NCBI GenBank assembly: GCA_045589595.1
Contig: JAZNPK010000010.1
Span: 3-64,002, forward strand
Direction: 5' to 3'
Length of the DNA: 64,000 nt
DNA from: Victivallales bacterium
GTDB taxonomy: Bacteria > Verrucomicrobiota > Lentisphaeria > Victivallales > UBA1829
Both the position numbers and the translations under genes were made by a program. Below, piece by piece: positions 42,865 through 54,426 of this stretch. A model generated the notes under the pieces. It did no database searches. It worked only from the letters and a program-made list of their open reading frames with translations, and was not told where the DNA came from. The first letter of the stretch is position 1. The number at the start of each line of letters is the position of its first letter.

Positions 42865-42898
42865 AAAAAACCGCACCTCCGATCGACGGAAGTGCGGT
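42865..42898 (-). terminator. Rho-independent terminator of carB
   Basis: Stem ACCGCAC(C)TCC/GGA(A)GTGCGGT with a 7-nt loop, followed by U6 on the minus strand (plus-strand A run 42865-42870). Confidence 0.7.
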
Positions 42899-42925
42899 CT
42901 TGTGCGGTCGATCCGCAGAACGCTG

Positions 42926-46144
<3,219 letters not shown>

Positions 46145-46305
46145 GACAAAGATCTCCTTCCACAGATGTTTTTTTGAATTTTTCAGACCGCTTTGTAATA
46201 TGCCACTTTTTTTGATTTTTTCAAGCCGGATTATGAAAATATACAGAAGGATTTTGTTTTTATGCGAAAGAATTATTTTTTTCAGAACTTTGATACTGAT
46301 TATAC

Positions 46306-46334
46306 TGGAAAAATGTTCTGTCATGTGCTATATT
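46306..46334 (+). promoter_or_regulatory. Candidate extended -10 promoter for hisD
   Basis: TGGAAA (46306-46311), 17-nt spacer, TGC-TATATT (46326-46334). The -10 lies 39 nt upstream of the hisD ATG. Confidence 0.35.
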
Positions 46335-46372
46335 ATTGCGTCATTTATTTTTTTTGAAAGGATAAACCGAAA

Positions 46373-47674
46373 ATGCTCACTGTTCTGCGGAATGATCCGA
46401 AACGCGCTGATCTGCTCGACGCATTGTATTGCCGTCCCGCATGTCCTGCCTCAGTCGAAACGGCTGTCGCAGAGATCATGGACGACGTCCTGAAAAACGG
46501 CGATGAAGCCATCTGCCGCTATCTGAAAAAATTTGACGGCGTAACGCTGTCTCCTTCAGAATTTCTTGTTTCTGACGATGAGATCGCCGAAGCGGAAAAA
46601 CTGGTGGACCCCGCCATGAAACGCGCCATCCGGCACGCACTCGCCAATATCCGGGCGTTCACGAAAAAAACACTGCCCCGCAACTGGAAATTTTCGCCCC
46701 GCAAAGGCGTGATCCAGGGGGAACGGTTCACCCCGATGGAACGTGTGGGCTGCTATGTTCCGGGCGGGACAGCGCCGCTGGTCTCCACTTCGATCCATAC
46801 CGTCGGGATCGCCAAAGCCGCCGGTGTGCGTGAGATCATTGCTGCAACTCCGCCCATGAAAAACGGAAAAATCAATCCCGCCACGCTTTATGCACTCAAA
46901 ACGGCGGGCGCAACAGAGATCTGCAAACTGGGCGGTGCATACGCGGTTGCCGCTCTGGGATACGGCACAAAGACCATCCGCAAAGTGGAAAAACTGGTCG
47001 GTCCCGGCAATGCGTATGTGGCTGCTGCAAAGAAACGGGTCTATGGTTCCGTTGCCATCGATATGGTGGCAGGTCCTTCCGAGATCATGGTGATCGTTGA
47101 CAAAGATGCCGATCCGGTTTTCGCAGCGGCGGATATGCTGTCGCAGGCAGAACACGGCTCCGGTCTGGAACAGGCGGTTTGTGTGTCCGATTCCGCAGAA
47201 ATGCTGGAGGCGGTCAAGGCGGAATATCTGCGCCAGAAAGCTTCACTGACCCGGCAGGGACCCATTGAAAAAGTCACGGAAAACGGGATCTTCTTCATTG
47301 AAGCTGCCGATATGGATGACGCGGCGGAGATCGCATCCTCTTACGCGCCGGAACACCTGGAGATCCAGACCGCATTCCCCGAAAAAGTTGCGGCGAAAGT
47401 CCGGGCTGCCGGTGCCATTTTCCTCGGTGCATGGACGCCTGAGCCTGCCGGTGATTTTACTTCCGGACCCAGCCACGTTCTGCCCACTGCCGGTACAGCA
47501 AAGTTCTTCCACGGGATCTCCGGTGCCGATTTCATGCGCCGGAGCAGTATCATCAAATATACAGAAAACGCTCTTCTTGCCGAAGTCGATGACATCGCCC
47601 GGTTTGCCCGGATGGAAGGTTTGGATGCTCACGGCAGAAGCGCAACCGTCAGACGCGACCGCGAAATCAAATGA
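46373..47674 (+). CDS. hisD: histidinol dehydrogenase
   Basis: Typical length, with motifs SQAEHG, GPSHVLPT and YVPGGTAPL. Confidence 0.92.
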   Translation: MLTVLRNDPKRADLLDALYCRPACPASVETAVAEIMDDVLKNGDEAICRYLKKFDGVTLSPSEFLVSDDEIAEAEKLVDPAMKRAIRHALANIRAFTKKTLPRNWKFSPRKGVIQGERFTPMERVGCYVPGGTAPLVSTSIHTVGIAKAAGVREIIAATPPMKNGKINPATLYALKTAGATEICKLGGAYAVAALGYGTKTIRKVEKLVGPGNAYVAAAKKRVYGSVAIDMVAGPSEIMVIVDKDADPVFAAADMLSQAEHGSGLEQAVCVSDSAEMLEAVKAEYLRQKASLTRQGPIEKVTENGIFFIEAADMDDAAEIASSYAPEHLEIQTAFPEKVAAKVRAAGAIFLGAWTPEPAGDFTSGPSHVLPTAGTAKFFHGISGADFMRRSSIIKYTENALLAEVDDIARFARMEGLDAHGRSATVRRDREIK

Positions 47675-47686
47675 GGCAGGTGTACT

Positions 47687-48766
47687 ATGGATGACCAGAA
47701 CAAAACCTATGTTTCCTATTTCCGCCCGGAGATCGATGCCATGGAAGGGTACACCCCCGGTGAACAGCCGAAGGTGAAGGATATTCTGAAACTCAATACC
47801 AACGAAAGTCCCTATCCCCCGGCTCCCGGCGTGAAAAAGGCTCTGGCGGAATTTGATACGCAGGATCTCCGGCTCTACCCCGATCCGGTCGCGCTGTCTG
47901 TCCGTTCCGAAATCGCCGCCATGCTGGGGCTGTCCTCTCACGATCAGGTGATCGCCGGCAACGGATCGGATGACATCCTCAACATTGCCATCCGCTGTTT
48001 CTGCGATGCGACCCGTCCTGTGGCGGTCCTGGATCCCAGCTACTCTCTCTACACGACACTTGCCGCGCTTCAGGGTGCTGAATGTATCAAGATCCCGCTG
48101 AATACCACCGACTTCTCCCTGCCGGATGATCTTCTGGCAAAGGCGGAGCGGGCGAATCTGCTGATCATCACCCGCCCCAATGCGCCTACGGGCAATTCCT
48201 TCCCGAAGCGTACGATCGATGCCATCTGCCGGGATTTCAAGGGTGTGGTGCTGATCGATGAAGCTTATGCGGATTTTGCGTCTGACACCTGTGCTGATTT
48301 TGTGAAGCGTCACAACAACGTGATCGTGGCGCGGACCTTTTCCAAGAGCCGCAGTCTTGCCGGATTGCGTTTCGGTTATGCGATCGCCTGCCGGGAACTC
48401 ATCGACGGGCTTATGAAGATGAAAGATTCCTACAATGTGTCCATGCTGACACAGCGTCTGGCATTGGCGTCTCTCTGGGACAGACGGTACTTCAATGAAT
48501 GTATCGCCAAAATCAAACTGGCGCGGGAAATGCTCTTCGTCGGGCTGCTCGATCTCGGGTTCCGGGTGATCGAATCGGAAACAAATTTCCTTTTCGCATC
48601 TCCGCCGGATGGTGACGGACTTGCCTACTTCCGTAAACTCCGGGAAAACAATGTGATCGTCCGCTACTTCCCCGGACCTGTTACCGGAAAATTTGTCCGG
48701 ATCTCCATCGGTACGGAGCAGCAGGTATCCAAAGTATTCATGCTGACCCGCAGTTTTTATTCCTGA
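47687..48766 (+). CDS. hisC: histidinol-phosphate aminotransferase
   Basis: Class II aminotransferase pattern: NTNESPYPP, IDEAYADF, and FSKSRSLAGLRFGY (PLP-binding Lys). Confidence 0.9.
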   Translation: MDDQNKTYVSYFRPEIDAMEGYTPGEQPKVKDILKLNTNESPYPPAPGVKKALAEFDTQDLRLYPDPVALSVRSEIAAMLGLSSHDQVIAGNGSDDILNIAIRCFCDATRPVAVLDPSYSLYTTLAALQGAECIKIPLNTTDFSLPDDLLAKAERANLLIITRPNAPTGNSFPKRTIDAICRDFKGVVLIDEAYADFASDTCADFVKRHNNVIVARTFSKSRSLAGLRFGYAIACRELIDGLMKMKDSYNVSMLTQRLALASLWDRRYFNECIAKIKLAREMLFVGLLDLGFRVIESETNFLFASPPDGDGLAYFRKLRENNVIVRYFPGPVTGKFVRISIGTEQQVSKVFMLTRSFYS

Positions 48767-48788
48767 CGGGGGGAGGGAGGACGCCGCT

Positions 48789-49517
48789 ATGAGATCCTGT
48801 CTGTTTCTTCTGATACTGACCCTGATCTGCTGCGGATCGTTGTCTGTACCCCTGTACGGTGAAGTTTATTCTCTCTGGCCGTTTTCCGGCAGCGGCAGCT
48901 CCGCCGAAACCCTTTCCGGTGCAGAGCCGCGGAATTTCTGGAAGGAAAAAATCCGTGTCAACGGCACGGATATGGAGCTTGAGATCTTTCTGCTGGAACG
49001 GACCTTGAAAGATGTTGCCGGATCACTCCGCAAAGATTCCGGCAGAAAACAGAATGTGTATGCCGCGGGAAACTCTCTGCTGGTGGAGGAAGCGGAAAAA
49101 AACGGATCGGTCAAACGGACATTCTATCTGGAATTGCCGGGTGTTCATTCTCTGCTGCAGTTTCAGATGATCCTGCCGCCGGGCCGCCGGACAGCCACAC
49201 GGAATGACTGGACAAAGGAACTGCCGCTCATTGCTGATGCTGAGGATATGACCTGCATGGAATTTCCGGTCCGCCGCGCAGTTTTCGGTGCGTTCCTGCT
49301 GAAAAATGCAACGGTGCCCCAGGTGTTGAGCGATCTGACCGTGCGGATCAGAGCCATGGGCTGGGAGCAGGTCAGCCGGGAAGCGGATGATGTTTTTACC
49401 GGATCCGGCGAAGTTTTTCTGAAACACGATCCTTATTCTATTATGATCCTCGGCGTAACTGCCCACAACGATGGTGTCCGGGTTTCCATGTATTCCAGAC
49501 CTATTGAGAAAAAATAA
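48789..49517 (+). CDS. hypothetical exported protein
   Basis: Signal peptide MRSCLFLLILTLICCGSLSVPLYG. No family recognised. Confidence 0.65.
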   Translation: MRSCLFLLILTLICCGSLSVPLYGEVYSLWPFSGSGSSAETLSGAEPRNFWKEKIRVNGTDMELEIFLLERTLKDVAGSLRKDSGRKQNVYAAGNSLLVEEAEKNGSVKRTFYLELPGVHSLLQFQMILPPGRRTATRNDWTKELPLIADAEDMTCMEFPVRRAVFGAFLLKNATVPQVLSDLTVRIRAMGWEQVSREADDVFTGSGEVFLKHDPYSIMILGVTAHNDGVRVSMYSRPIEKK

Positions 49518-49532
49518 GCGGGGACTGCGCCT

Positions 49533-51422
49533 ATGAAAATTTCTTCCTGCGTATGGCTGACGGGTCTCTGTGCCGCGTTGTTGCTGACGGGCTGTCTCAC
49601 GCCGGATCCCTCGGTCAGAGTCGCGGATCCGGAAGATCGCAGCGGGTATTATGAGCAGGCGATGACCCGGAGCGGCGGTTATTCTTTCCGCACCATGAAT
49701 TTTCTCCGGGCCAATCTGTTTCTGGAGATGCTGCAGGAATCACCCCGGGAATTGCTCCGGACACTGGAAGGGATCCAGCGGAGTTGGACCGGTGATATGC
49801 CGGAGATCATGTCCGACATCTGTTTCAATGTGGCGGAACACCTTCCGGATGAAGATGAAGCGGTATCTTTTTATCTTTCCGCCGCCATGTACGCCTATGA
49901 TGAATTGTTCGGCGCGCCGTCTGCGGAACAGAAAAATGAAAAGTTTGATCCGTCCCGCTGTCAGCTTCTTGTGCGTTACAACGCATCTGTGGCGCAGATT
50001 TTTGAATACATCCGCCGGAATGGATTGTTGAAACGGGATTCTTACGAACTGAAAAATGCCACCGGTGTCCGGCTGCGGTTCGGAAAAACAGTCACTGAAC
50101 TGCCTTACGGCGATGATTATGAGGATCTGCTGCCTTGCTCCACATTTCAGGTCTATGATATGCAGTTGATCAATCAGCGGTTCGGTGTCGGTGTGCCGAT
50201 GATCGCGCTCGCCCGACCCGAAAACCGCGGAAAACTGGTGCGTATGTCCCCCAGTCTGCCGATGCCGGCAACGCTGGTGCTGAAACTGGACAGAAAAAAG
50301 AACAGCGATAGCGTGGATGCAGTATTTCATCTTTATGATACATTTGTAAAAGAGGAGATCAAGCTCGCGGGCGACACGGTCCCGCTGGCATTGGATTATT
50401 CCACGCCGCTGGCTTCTTTTGATCACTACAATGTTTTTATGACGAAAAATCTGATCCAGTACATGCTGGATCCTGCATCCGGCACAAGGACCACCGGTCT
50501 GTATCTGCTGGAACCGTATAATCCGGACAAGATCCCGGTGGTATTTGTTCACGGTCTGATGTCGGCGCCTGTCACATGGGTCAAAATGCTGAATGTGCTG
50601 CGTCATTATCCCCGTCTCCGCAGTAAATATCAGTTCTGGTTTTTCAAATATTCCAGCGGCAATCCGGTCCTTGCCTCAGCCGCCACGCTCCGGGATGCGT
50701 TGAACGAAGCGGAAAAAACATTTGCCGTAACGCCGGAAGCCAGAGCCACTTTCAACCGTATGGTCCTGGTGGGACACAGTATGGGCGGTTTGATCTCAAG
50801 GGTGGTAACGCAGGACGATCCGGAATATTTTGTGGAGAGTTACACCGGCGAGCCGTGGGAAACATTTTCAAAACAGCTTTCTCCGGAGGAAATCGCCGGA
50901 TTTGAAAAGATTTTCTTCAAAAAGCCGCCCTATATCAGCCGTCTGGTGATGATGGCGGTGCCGCATCGCGGGTCCAGTATGGCGAAATGGTCTGTTGCAC
51001 GGATCGGCAGCAACCTGATCCGGATCCCCGGCGATGTGCTCAAGCAGTCGGCTCTGATTTTTAAAACGCTGCTCCGTATCAGAGAAAAAGACAGTTCCGG
51101 GGATTACTGGCGGGCAATGGTCTTTACCGGGATCGACAATCTTGATCCCGACAACCGGTTTATCACCATTCTTTCCGGATCGCCCTTCGCATCGGACATC
51201 CCCCGTCATTCCGTGATCGGCAACAATGAGCGTGACGGCGTTCCCGGCGGCACAGATGGCGTGGTCCCGTACACCAGTTCCCATGTGGATGGTGTTGAAA
51301 GTGAATGGATCGTGAAATCGGGACACAGTGTTCATCAGAGTCCGGCGGCGATCCGCATCCTTGCCCGGATCCTTCATCAGCATCTGGAAGAAAACGGAAA
51401 GAACGTCAAGGTGAAAAAATGA
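49533..51422 (+). CDS. lipoprotein, alpha/beta-hydrolase fold (esterase/lipase-like)
   Basis: Lipobox LLLTGC, oxyanion-region VFVHGLMS, and nucleophile elbow VLVGHSMGG (GxSxG). Confidence 0.75.
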   Translation: MKISSCVWLTGLCAALLLTGCLTPDPSVRVADPEDRSGYYEQAMTRSGGYSFRTMNFLRANLFLEMLQESPRELLRTLEGIQRSWTGDMPEIMSDICFNVAEHLPDEDEAVSFYLSAAMYAYDELFGAPSAEQKNEKFDPSRCQLLVRYNASVAQIFEYIRRNGLLKRDSYELKNATGVRLRFGKTVTELPYGDDYEDLLPCSTFQVYDMQLINQRFGVGVPMIALARPENRGKLVRMSPSLPMPATLVLKLDRKKNSDSVDAVFHLYDTFVKEEIKLAGDTVPLALDYSTPLASFDHYNVFMTKNLIQYMLDPASGTRTTGLYLLEPYNPDKIPVVFVHGLMSAPVTWVKMLNVLRHYPRLRSKYQFWFFKYSSGNPVLASAATLRDALNEAEKTFAVTPEARATFNRMVLVGHSMGGLISRVVTQDDPEYFVESYTGEPWETFSKQLSPEEIAGFEKIFFKKPPYISRLVMMAVPHRGSSMAKWSVARIGSNLIRIPGDVLKQSALIFKTLLRIREKDSSGDYWRAMVFTGIDNLDPDNRFITILSGSPFASDIPRHSVIGNNERDGVPGGTDGVVPYTSSHVDGVESEWIVKSGHSVHQSPAAIRILARILHQHLEENGKNVKVKK

Positions 51423-51775
51423 ATGGCAACGGTGGAAAACTGATCTGGATCTTCGGGATCGCGGCGGCGGTGATCTTTGCCGCATCCGGCATCGGCAGCT
51501 GGTTGACGCATAAAGAACTTCTGGAGTATCACAATTCGCAGTTCCGGACCGTTCAGACGCTGCTCCCTGCCGGTGCTTCGTGGGGGGCCTGTCAGGACGC
51601 CCTGAAAGAAAAAAGTTTTGTTGTCACAGAGGAAAGTCCTTCCGTATTTCTGATCGTCTGGAATACGCCGGAGGAATCAAAACGCCTTCAGAACAAAAGA
51701 CTTGGCGTGCCTCTTGCCGCACGGGTGGAACTGGATGGGGCTGGAAAAGTCCTTTCCGTTGACGGTGTTGAGTGA
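51419..51775 (+). CDS. small N-terminally anchored protein (118 aa)
   Basis: The ATG overlaps the upstream stop (ATGA). It has a single TM segment LIWIFGIAAAVIFAASGIGSWL. ORF-track start 51305 rejected. Confidence 0.55.
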   Translation: MNGNGGKLIWIFGIAAAVIFAASGIGSWLTHKELLEYHNSQFRTVQTLLPAGASWGACQDALKEKSFVVTEESPSVFLIVWNTPEESKRLQNKRLGVPLAARVELDGAGKVLSVDGVE

Positions 51776-51781
51776 GCCATT

Positions 51782-53353
51782 ATGTTTGTGTCTGTTGAAA
51801 AACTGGTTCTTTCCGCCGCCCGTCTGCCGGAATCCATTGATCTTGAACTGACGGATCATATTGCGCGGCATCTGAAAATCAAGCCGGGGCAGGTCCGTTC
51901 CTACCGGATCCTCAAGCGCAGTCTGGACGCCCGGAAAAAGCCGGATGTGAAGATCCAGTACCGCCTGACTGCCGAGTTGGATGACCGGGCGTGTCCCGCC
52001 GGAGTCGAACCGGTTGCCGCTCCGGAAAAAACGATCCCTTTTGAACCTGTCAACCGCCGCACATTGAAACACCCCGTAGTGGTGGGAGCCGGTCCCGCCG
52101 GATTGTTTGCCGCCTATACTCTCGCTCTCGCGGGCGCGGAACCTGTCGTGCTGGAGCGGGGCAGGGATGTGGTCCGGCGCAAAGCGGACATCGATGAATT
52201 TTTTGCCATGCGGCATTTGAATACGGAAAGTAATTTTCTTTACGGCGAAGGCGGAGCAGGGACGTGGTCCGACGGCAAACTTTACACACGGATCCGGGAT
52301 CCTCGTATGGATTTTGTCATGCGTTCTTTTGTGGATTGCGGCGCGCCGGAACAGATCCTGTATTTCAGTCATCCCCATCTGGGCAGCGACCGTTTGCCGG
52401 GGATCGTATCTGCGCTCCGGAACAGGATCATTGCGCTGGGCGGTACATTCCGCTGGGACAGCCGGGTGAAAGATGTGATCATCCGTGAAGGGACCTGCCG
52501 CGGTGTGGTCCTGGACAGCGGGGAGACGATCGATGCGCCTGCAGTTCTTATCGCGTCAGGTCACAGCGCCGTGGATCTGATCCTCGGTCTCACGAAAAAA
52601 GTGCCGTACCGCCTGAAGGGATTTCAAACCGGTATGCGGATCGAACATAAACAGCGGTTCATCAACCGGATGCAGTTCGGGATGGAACGCCCCTGTGCGG
52701 CTCTGGGCGCGGCGGAATACAACCTTGCCATGTCGCCCCCGGACGGCGCGGCGACTTTCTGTATGTGTCCCGGCGGCGAGATCATCCCGGCTGTCTGCGA
52801 ACCCGGAACGCTCTGCACCAACGGAATGAGTCTTTACGCGCGGTCCGGTATCTTCGCCAATTCAGCCGTCATTACCACACTGAACGGAGAAGATTTTGCC
52901 TCGGCGGAAGATGCTTTTGCTCTTCTTGCGGGTCTGGAACGCCGTGCTTTTGAAGCCGGCGGCATGGATTATACCGCTCCGGCACAGTCCGCCGCCTGTT
53001 TCCTTGATGGCGAAACGGGGCATATCAATGACGAAACATCTTATCGGCTGGGTCGCGTTCCGGCGCGTCTGGACAGGATCCTGCCGGATAAGGTGACGTC
53101 GATCCTGCGGCGTGCGCTGCTGCGGTTCGACCGTTTGATGCCGGGCTTCATCCGTGATGGCGTCTTTACCGGCGTGGAAACAAGAGTTTCAAGTCCGGTC
53201 CGGTTCGACCGGGACCCTGTTACGCTTGCTTCTTCCGGCTGCCGGGATCTGTATCTGGCAGGGGAGGGTGCCGGAATGGCTGGCGGGATCACATCCGCCG
53301 CCGTGGACGGGGTGCGGCTCGCTGCCGCCATGCTGGGGATGACAGCGGATTGA
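51782..53353 (+). CDS. FAD-dependent oxidoreductase (COG2509-type)
   Basis: N-terminal segment KRSLDARKK, dinucleotide fold VVVGAGPAGLFAA, and C-terminal AGEGAGMAGGITSAAVDG. Confidence 0.8.
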   Translation: MFVSVEKLVLSAARLPESIDLELTDHIARHLKIKPGQVRSYRILKRSLDARKKPDVKIQYRLTAELDDRACPAGVEPVAAPEKTIPFEPVNRRTLKHPVVVGAGPAGLFAAYTLALAGAEPVVLERGRDVVRRKADIDEFFAMRHLNTESNFLYGEGGAGTWSDGKLYTRIRDPRMDFVMRSFVDCGAPEQILYFSHPHLGSDRLPGIVSALRNRIIALGGTFRWDSRVKDVIIREGTCRGVVLDSGETIDAPAVLIASGHSAVDLILGLTKKVPYRLKGFQTGMRIEHKQRFINRMQFGMERPCAALGAAEYNLAMSPPDGAATFCMCPGGEIIPAVCEPGTLCTNGMSLYARSGIFANSAVITTLNGEDFASAEDAFALLAGLERRAFEAGGMDYTAPAQSAACFLDGETGHINDETSYRLGRVPARLDRILPDKVTSILRRALLRFDRLMPGFIRDGVFTGVETRVSSPVRFDRDPVTLASSGCRDLYLAGEGAGMAGGITSAAVDGVRLAAAMLGMTAD

Positions 53354-53448
53354 AGGTGTTATATTTTAAAAAAATTCTGTTTCCGGATTGCAATACGCTG
53401 ATCTTGTTGTATCTTACCGGAGTAAACTTATTGATTTGGAGCTGAAGA

Positions 53449-54426
53449 ATGGACAGATATTTTGAGATTCAACTGGACAACGGGGCAACTTATGTGGCAG
53501 TTTCTGATGATGCCCTGAGTATGAAAAACGGCGATTTTTGTGTGATCCGCAAAGATTTTTATCTTGATTACGGTCAGGTGACGAAAGAAGTGCCCAAGCC
53601 GGAGGAACCGGCGAATAAAGACCAGCCGGACATCAAAAAGACGGATATCCCCCGAATCCAGCGCAAAGCCACAATGGTGGATCAGAGCAGCAATAACGAA
53701 AATACCATGCGTGCAAAATCCGCCCTGCGTATCACTCAGCAGTATGTGACCCGGCTGGAACTGCCGATGAAACTGATCAATGCACATTATGCGCTGGACG
53801 GCAAATACCTGATGGTGCAGTTCAGTGCAGACGGCAGAGTCGATTTCCGGGAACTGGTGAAACTGCTTTCCCAGGAACTGAATACCCGGATCGAACTGCG
53901 GCAGATCGGCGTCCGTGACGAAACCGCTGTGATCGGCGGCATCTCCGTTTGCGGCAGACCCCTGTGCTGTTGTGTGTTCCTGCAGGATTTTGCATCGATC
54001 AACGTGAAGATGGCGAAGGAGCAGGATCTTTCCCTGACGCCCAGCACCATCTCCGGTATCTGCGGCAGACTGAAATGCTGTCTCAAGTACGAACACGAAG
54101 GTTATCTTGAACTGGAAGCCGGTATGCCCCGCAGAGGCGATTGCTGCGAATGTAAAGAGGGCAGAGGACGGATCATCGACCGCAATCTTCTGACTCAGAA
54201 AGTCGTTGTCCAGCTGGATGATACCGGCAGAACTGTGACCTGCGATAAGGAAGAAGTCTCTGTGATCTATCCGGACAAATATAAAGTCCAGAAAAAAGAA
54301 CAGTCCGGCGGCGGAAACAACAACGGAAACGGCGGACAGCCGCAGCGTCAGCAGCAGAAAAATCAGGATGGCGCCGACCGGAAAAAAAATCACAACGGCG
54401 GCAAGGGGCGCGATCAGGATCAGTGA
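53449..54426 (+). CDS. PSP1 domain protein (RicT/YaaT-like)
   Basis: Cys-rich PSP1 core: SVCGRPLCCCVFL ... ISGICGRLKCCLKYE. The C-terminal tail is rich in Gln, Asn and Gly. Confidence 0.85.
   Translation: MDRYFEIQLDNGATYVAVSDDALSMKNGDFCVIRKDFYLDYGQVTKEVPKPEEPANKDQPDIKKTDIPRIQRKATMVDQSSNNENTMRAKSALRITQQYVTRLELPMKLINAHYALDGKYLMVQFSADGRVDFRELVKLLSQELNTRIELRQIGVRDETAVIGGISVCGRPLCCCVFLQDFASINVKMAKEQDLSLTPSTISGICGRLKCCLKYEHEGYLELEAGMPRRGDCCECKEGRGRIIDRNLLTQKVVVQLDDTGRTVTCDKEEVSVIYPDKYKVQKKEQSGGGNNNGNGGQPQRQQQKNQDGADRKKNHNGGKGRDQDQ

Noticed and set aside
46145-46324. 60-codon N-terminal extension of carB (ORF-track start 46324)
   Set aside because: The AT-rich extension translates to implausible Ile/Lys-rich sequence. 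The canonical CarB N-terminus MAKRDDIKKVLIIG starts at 46144 with an AGGAG RBS.
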